Position numbers and translations under genes: made by a program | From: Octopus bimaculoides | Taxonomy: Eukaryota | Reading direction: 5' to 3' | NCBI RefSeq assembly: GCF_001194135.2 | Contig: NC_068981.1 | Coordinates: 80,849,473 to 80,913,472, forward strand | DNA: 64,000 bases | Shown here: piece by piece, positions 61,186 to 64,000 of the stretch | Layout: every line of letters starts with the position of its first letter | Numbering within the stretch: the first letter of the stretch is position 1 | The notes under the pieces: model-generated | What the model was told of the DNA's origin: nothing | Database searches by the model: none | What the model saw: only the letters and a program-made list of their open reading frames with translations

Positions 61186-62147
61186 GAGTGTATGACGTGT
61201 TTATTATGCTTGAAGATGCTATGCAGGCTTGCAGCATATCCTGTGCACACATTTTAGTAATGGTGATGTAGCACCAATCAATAGATGTGTAGTGCTTGCT
61301 ATTAAATGGGGCTTTACTATAAGCACTGAGTATTCCATTAAAAGCACCAAACATTCCACCTAGAGAGCAGGTTACAGTAAGATAGCTACACAATTTTGTA
61401 ACAGTGTTATTTCTACGTACAGGATAATACGGTACCTTGACCCACAAATGCTGATCTGTTGTTCGTGAAATATTAGGGTCGACTTTTATACGGGGTCTAT
61501 GGAAAATTCCCAACTTTATAGCCTAAAATAGGAGGTCGACTTTTACATGAGATCGACTATTACTCAAGTATATACAGTAACTACAAATATATACTAAAAT
61601 AACGTAAGTGCTCTTTTCTTTCGTTTCTACACACGCATAGATAGATAGATAGATAGATATTTGTGTGAGAGAGAGGATTACTTTTTGATCGGTTCAAATT
61701 TACCTGCATCTGGATAATTTAATTCAATAAGATTCTTGTTTTCAAAAATTAGAATTTTAAAGTAGTAAGTAGCCCAAATACAGAGACAAAAATAGTAACG
61801 TAGTTACTAACGTACAATCGTGTAACCTATGACTTGTAGCTTATCTAGCAACCTTGTTGATATCCAATCGCGAAAAAAAATGTACCCAAACACAATCCTT
61901 GCGCTAATCAAAATATGTTTACGCTGGTTCTATTTATCTCTGTCATGGTATTTTGACAAATCTATTTTTCTTTCATTAAAATTAACAATTTGTATTCCAA
62001 ACGTCAAAATACCACGGAAGAGAAACGTGACAAACGTCAAGAAACTAATTAGTTTCTTAAATTCGCACAATGCCACAAATTCGTAGGGAGGAGCTTAGCC
62101 AATTAAATCGACTTGTAGTATATTATTGGCTCTTGTTTCAACAATCG

Positions 62148-62360
62148 TGAGGGCGGTGGTTGGACAAAGCTGTTAGAATATCGGACAAAAGGACAAAATC
62201 CCCTGCAGTGTCCCTTCTGGCTGTTTACGTTATGAGCTGAAATCTCGTCAATATCAGCTTTGCTTTTTATCTTTCCGGGGTGGATAAGATGAATTACCAA
62301 TTATATTAAGTACTGGAGCTGAATCAACTGTTTTTCCCGCTTGTGCCTATATTAGAAAGT
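62148..62360 (+). mobile_element. Highly degenerate SINE A
   Basis: agggcggtggttggacaaagctgttag..ttacgttatgagctgaaatctc..ctttgctttttatctttccggggtggataa. Confidence 0.5.
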
Positions 62361-62621
62361 ATTTTAACTTTGTAGCGATGAAAAACGAATAACTGCGAGA
62401 TTTGAGTTCAGATCTAACTGTATACTGCTACGTTCTTTGCTCGGCACTCTATCGTTTCTGAGAGAATGCCATTCCAATATGCTTACCTTCTTAATGGCCA
62501 TGGAAAATAAGGAAAGTGAGAGAATCAAAAGAGGCTCGATCCAATTTCTAAAGTCATTATAAGATTAAAATTAAAGATAAAAATAAACAAGGGTCAAAAA
62601 CAAAAATATTTAGATGTCTGG

Positions 62622-62674
<53 letters not shown>

Positions 62675-62677
62675 TAT

Positions 62678-62988
62678 AGTTTCAATCATTTGATTGCGGC
62701 CATGCTGGGGCGCCGCCTTGATGGGTTTAGCAGAAGAAATCTATCTAGTAAATATTTTTTTCGAAGTCCGGTACTTAGTCTATCGGTTTCTTTTATCGAA
62801 ACCACTTAGCTACGGGGACGTAAACCAACCAATACCAGTTTCAAATTGCTGAGGAGACATACATACACTCACATGCGCACGCGCGATGAACTTTTAGTTT
62901 TCGCCAGCCAAATTCACTCACAAGGCATTGGTTGGATTGAGGTTATAGCAGAAGGTACTTGCCTAGGGTGTCACGCTGTGGGACTGAA
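62678..62988 (-). mobile_element. SINE B, both ends slightly truncated
   Basis: gtttcaatcatttgattgcggccatgctggggcgccgcc..cggggacgtaaaccaacc..caaattcactcacaaggcattggttgg..gtgggactgaa. Confidence 0.82.
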
Positions 62989-63819
62989 AACAAAATAAAC
63001 AAAAACATTAACTGAGTATTCAAAGGTGAAGAGAACAACGTTTTATGTGCAAGGCATGAACTCCAGATGAAATTTTCTGTTTTGGAAGATCTCCATATAC
63101 CTTAACAGAAACCTTTATAGCAATAAATAAATAAAGCAGAAACTTGAAACTATCACGTTTCGAAGACGATGCGATTTTGTTTTTCTTGCAATCCAATAAA
63201 TAACATGAGATAGCGACTAAGTACATATCGAAAAAACAGGACAAGTGAAATGTTTAATCCCCTAAGCTGTGACCGAAAAATGTAGAAGACATTGCAGTTA
63301 TGATCAGCAGTGGTCTAAAGAGGCCATTATGTTGTTACCTTCCATGATGTTGTTACTAAAACTATATACAAAGACGGCCGTAAGAAGATAAATATAAAAC
63401 AATGTTTCAGATGTTCATATATTCACACATTCCAACACATGAAATATTGGTGAAAAATTTCCATCCAAAGCTTTATTCTGTTGAAAACAGGGAATCCTCT
63501 ATGTGGAAGCTTCATTCCACATCTTACTGTCTCCAAAAAATGACACATTGGATGATGTGGGTTGGAATGCTGACTAAAGCTAAATAGTAATAACTACAAC
63601 AACATGCCGTACGAGCTAATGAAGATGAGACTATAAAAAATAACAGCTACATCTCCGTCAAAACTACACGTTACGGTTACAAAATAAGAGGAAATCATTG
63701 GAAATCATTGGATAATGTAGTCCCAGAGTCGTTGGATCTGGAAAGGAGGAAGGATAATTACTGAAAAGCTATTGAACATATAAATTGGTGTGATCAGATT
63801 GATTTGGATCTTAAAATAT

Positions 63820-64000
63820 TCTTTTCTACTCTAGTCACAAGGCCCGAAATTTTGGGGGAGGGGCCAGACGATTAGATCGACCCAGTACGCAGCTGGTACT
63901 CAATTTATCGACCGCAAAAGGATGAAAGGCAAAGTTGACCTCGGCGGAATCTGAACTCGGAACGTAAAGACAGACGAAATACCGCTAAGCATTTCGCCCG
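63820..64000 (-). mobile_element. SINE A, cut by the window end
   Basis: cacaaggcccgaaattttggg..aaaggatgaaaggcaaagttgacctcggcggaatctgaactcggaacgtaaagacagacgaaataccgctaagc. Confidence 0.9.

Larger units (their letters stand above)
59429..61577. mobile_element. Non-autonomous Tc2/pogo-like TcMar element, 2149 bp including nested insertions
   Basis: TIRs ccgtatatactcgtatattagtcga and tcgactattactcaagtatatacag; TA at 59427-59428 and 61578-61579; subterminal gtcgac repeats. Confidence 0.8.

Noticed and set aside
60944-61513. 189-aa ORF inside the Tc2-like element
   Set aside because: No transposase or other domain motif; spans a tandem duplication.

Overview
AT-rich, microsatellite-dense eukaryotic DNA with 14 assembly gaps (N runs). 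The mix of tRNA-derived SINE families, (TA)n/(CA)n/(CT)n tracts and gaps at microsatellites looks like an Octopus (cephalopod) draft scaffold; this is an inference. I recognise no host protein-coding exon. Everything with coding signal is a decayed transposon: a mariner transposase, a Dong/R4-type RLE retrotransposon, a Tigger/pogo transposase, a hAT C-terminal fragment, and RTE and CR1-like 3' ends. The window also holds three tRNA-SINE families and many MITE-type elements with readable TIRs/TSDs (hAT, Tc1/mariner, Tc2-like, piggyBac-like, Merlin-like), plus a non-autonomous Helitron. The most interesting signal is a set of type I hammerhead-ribozyme motifs, above all a ~343-nt partially tandem and inverted unit at 41.9-42.6 kb that has the architecture of a Penelope-derived, non-LTR retrozyme-like element. 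All alignments and folds were done by eye; none was computed.
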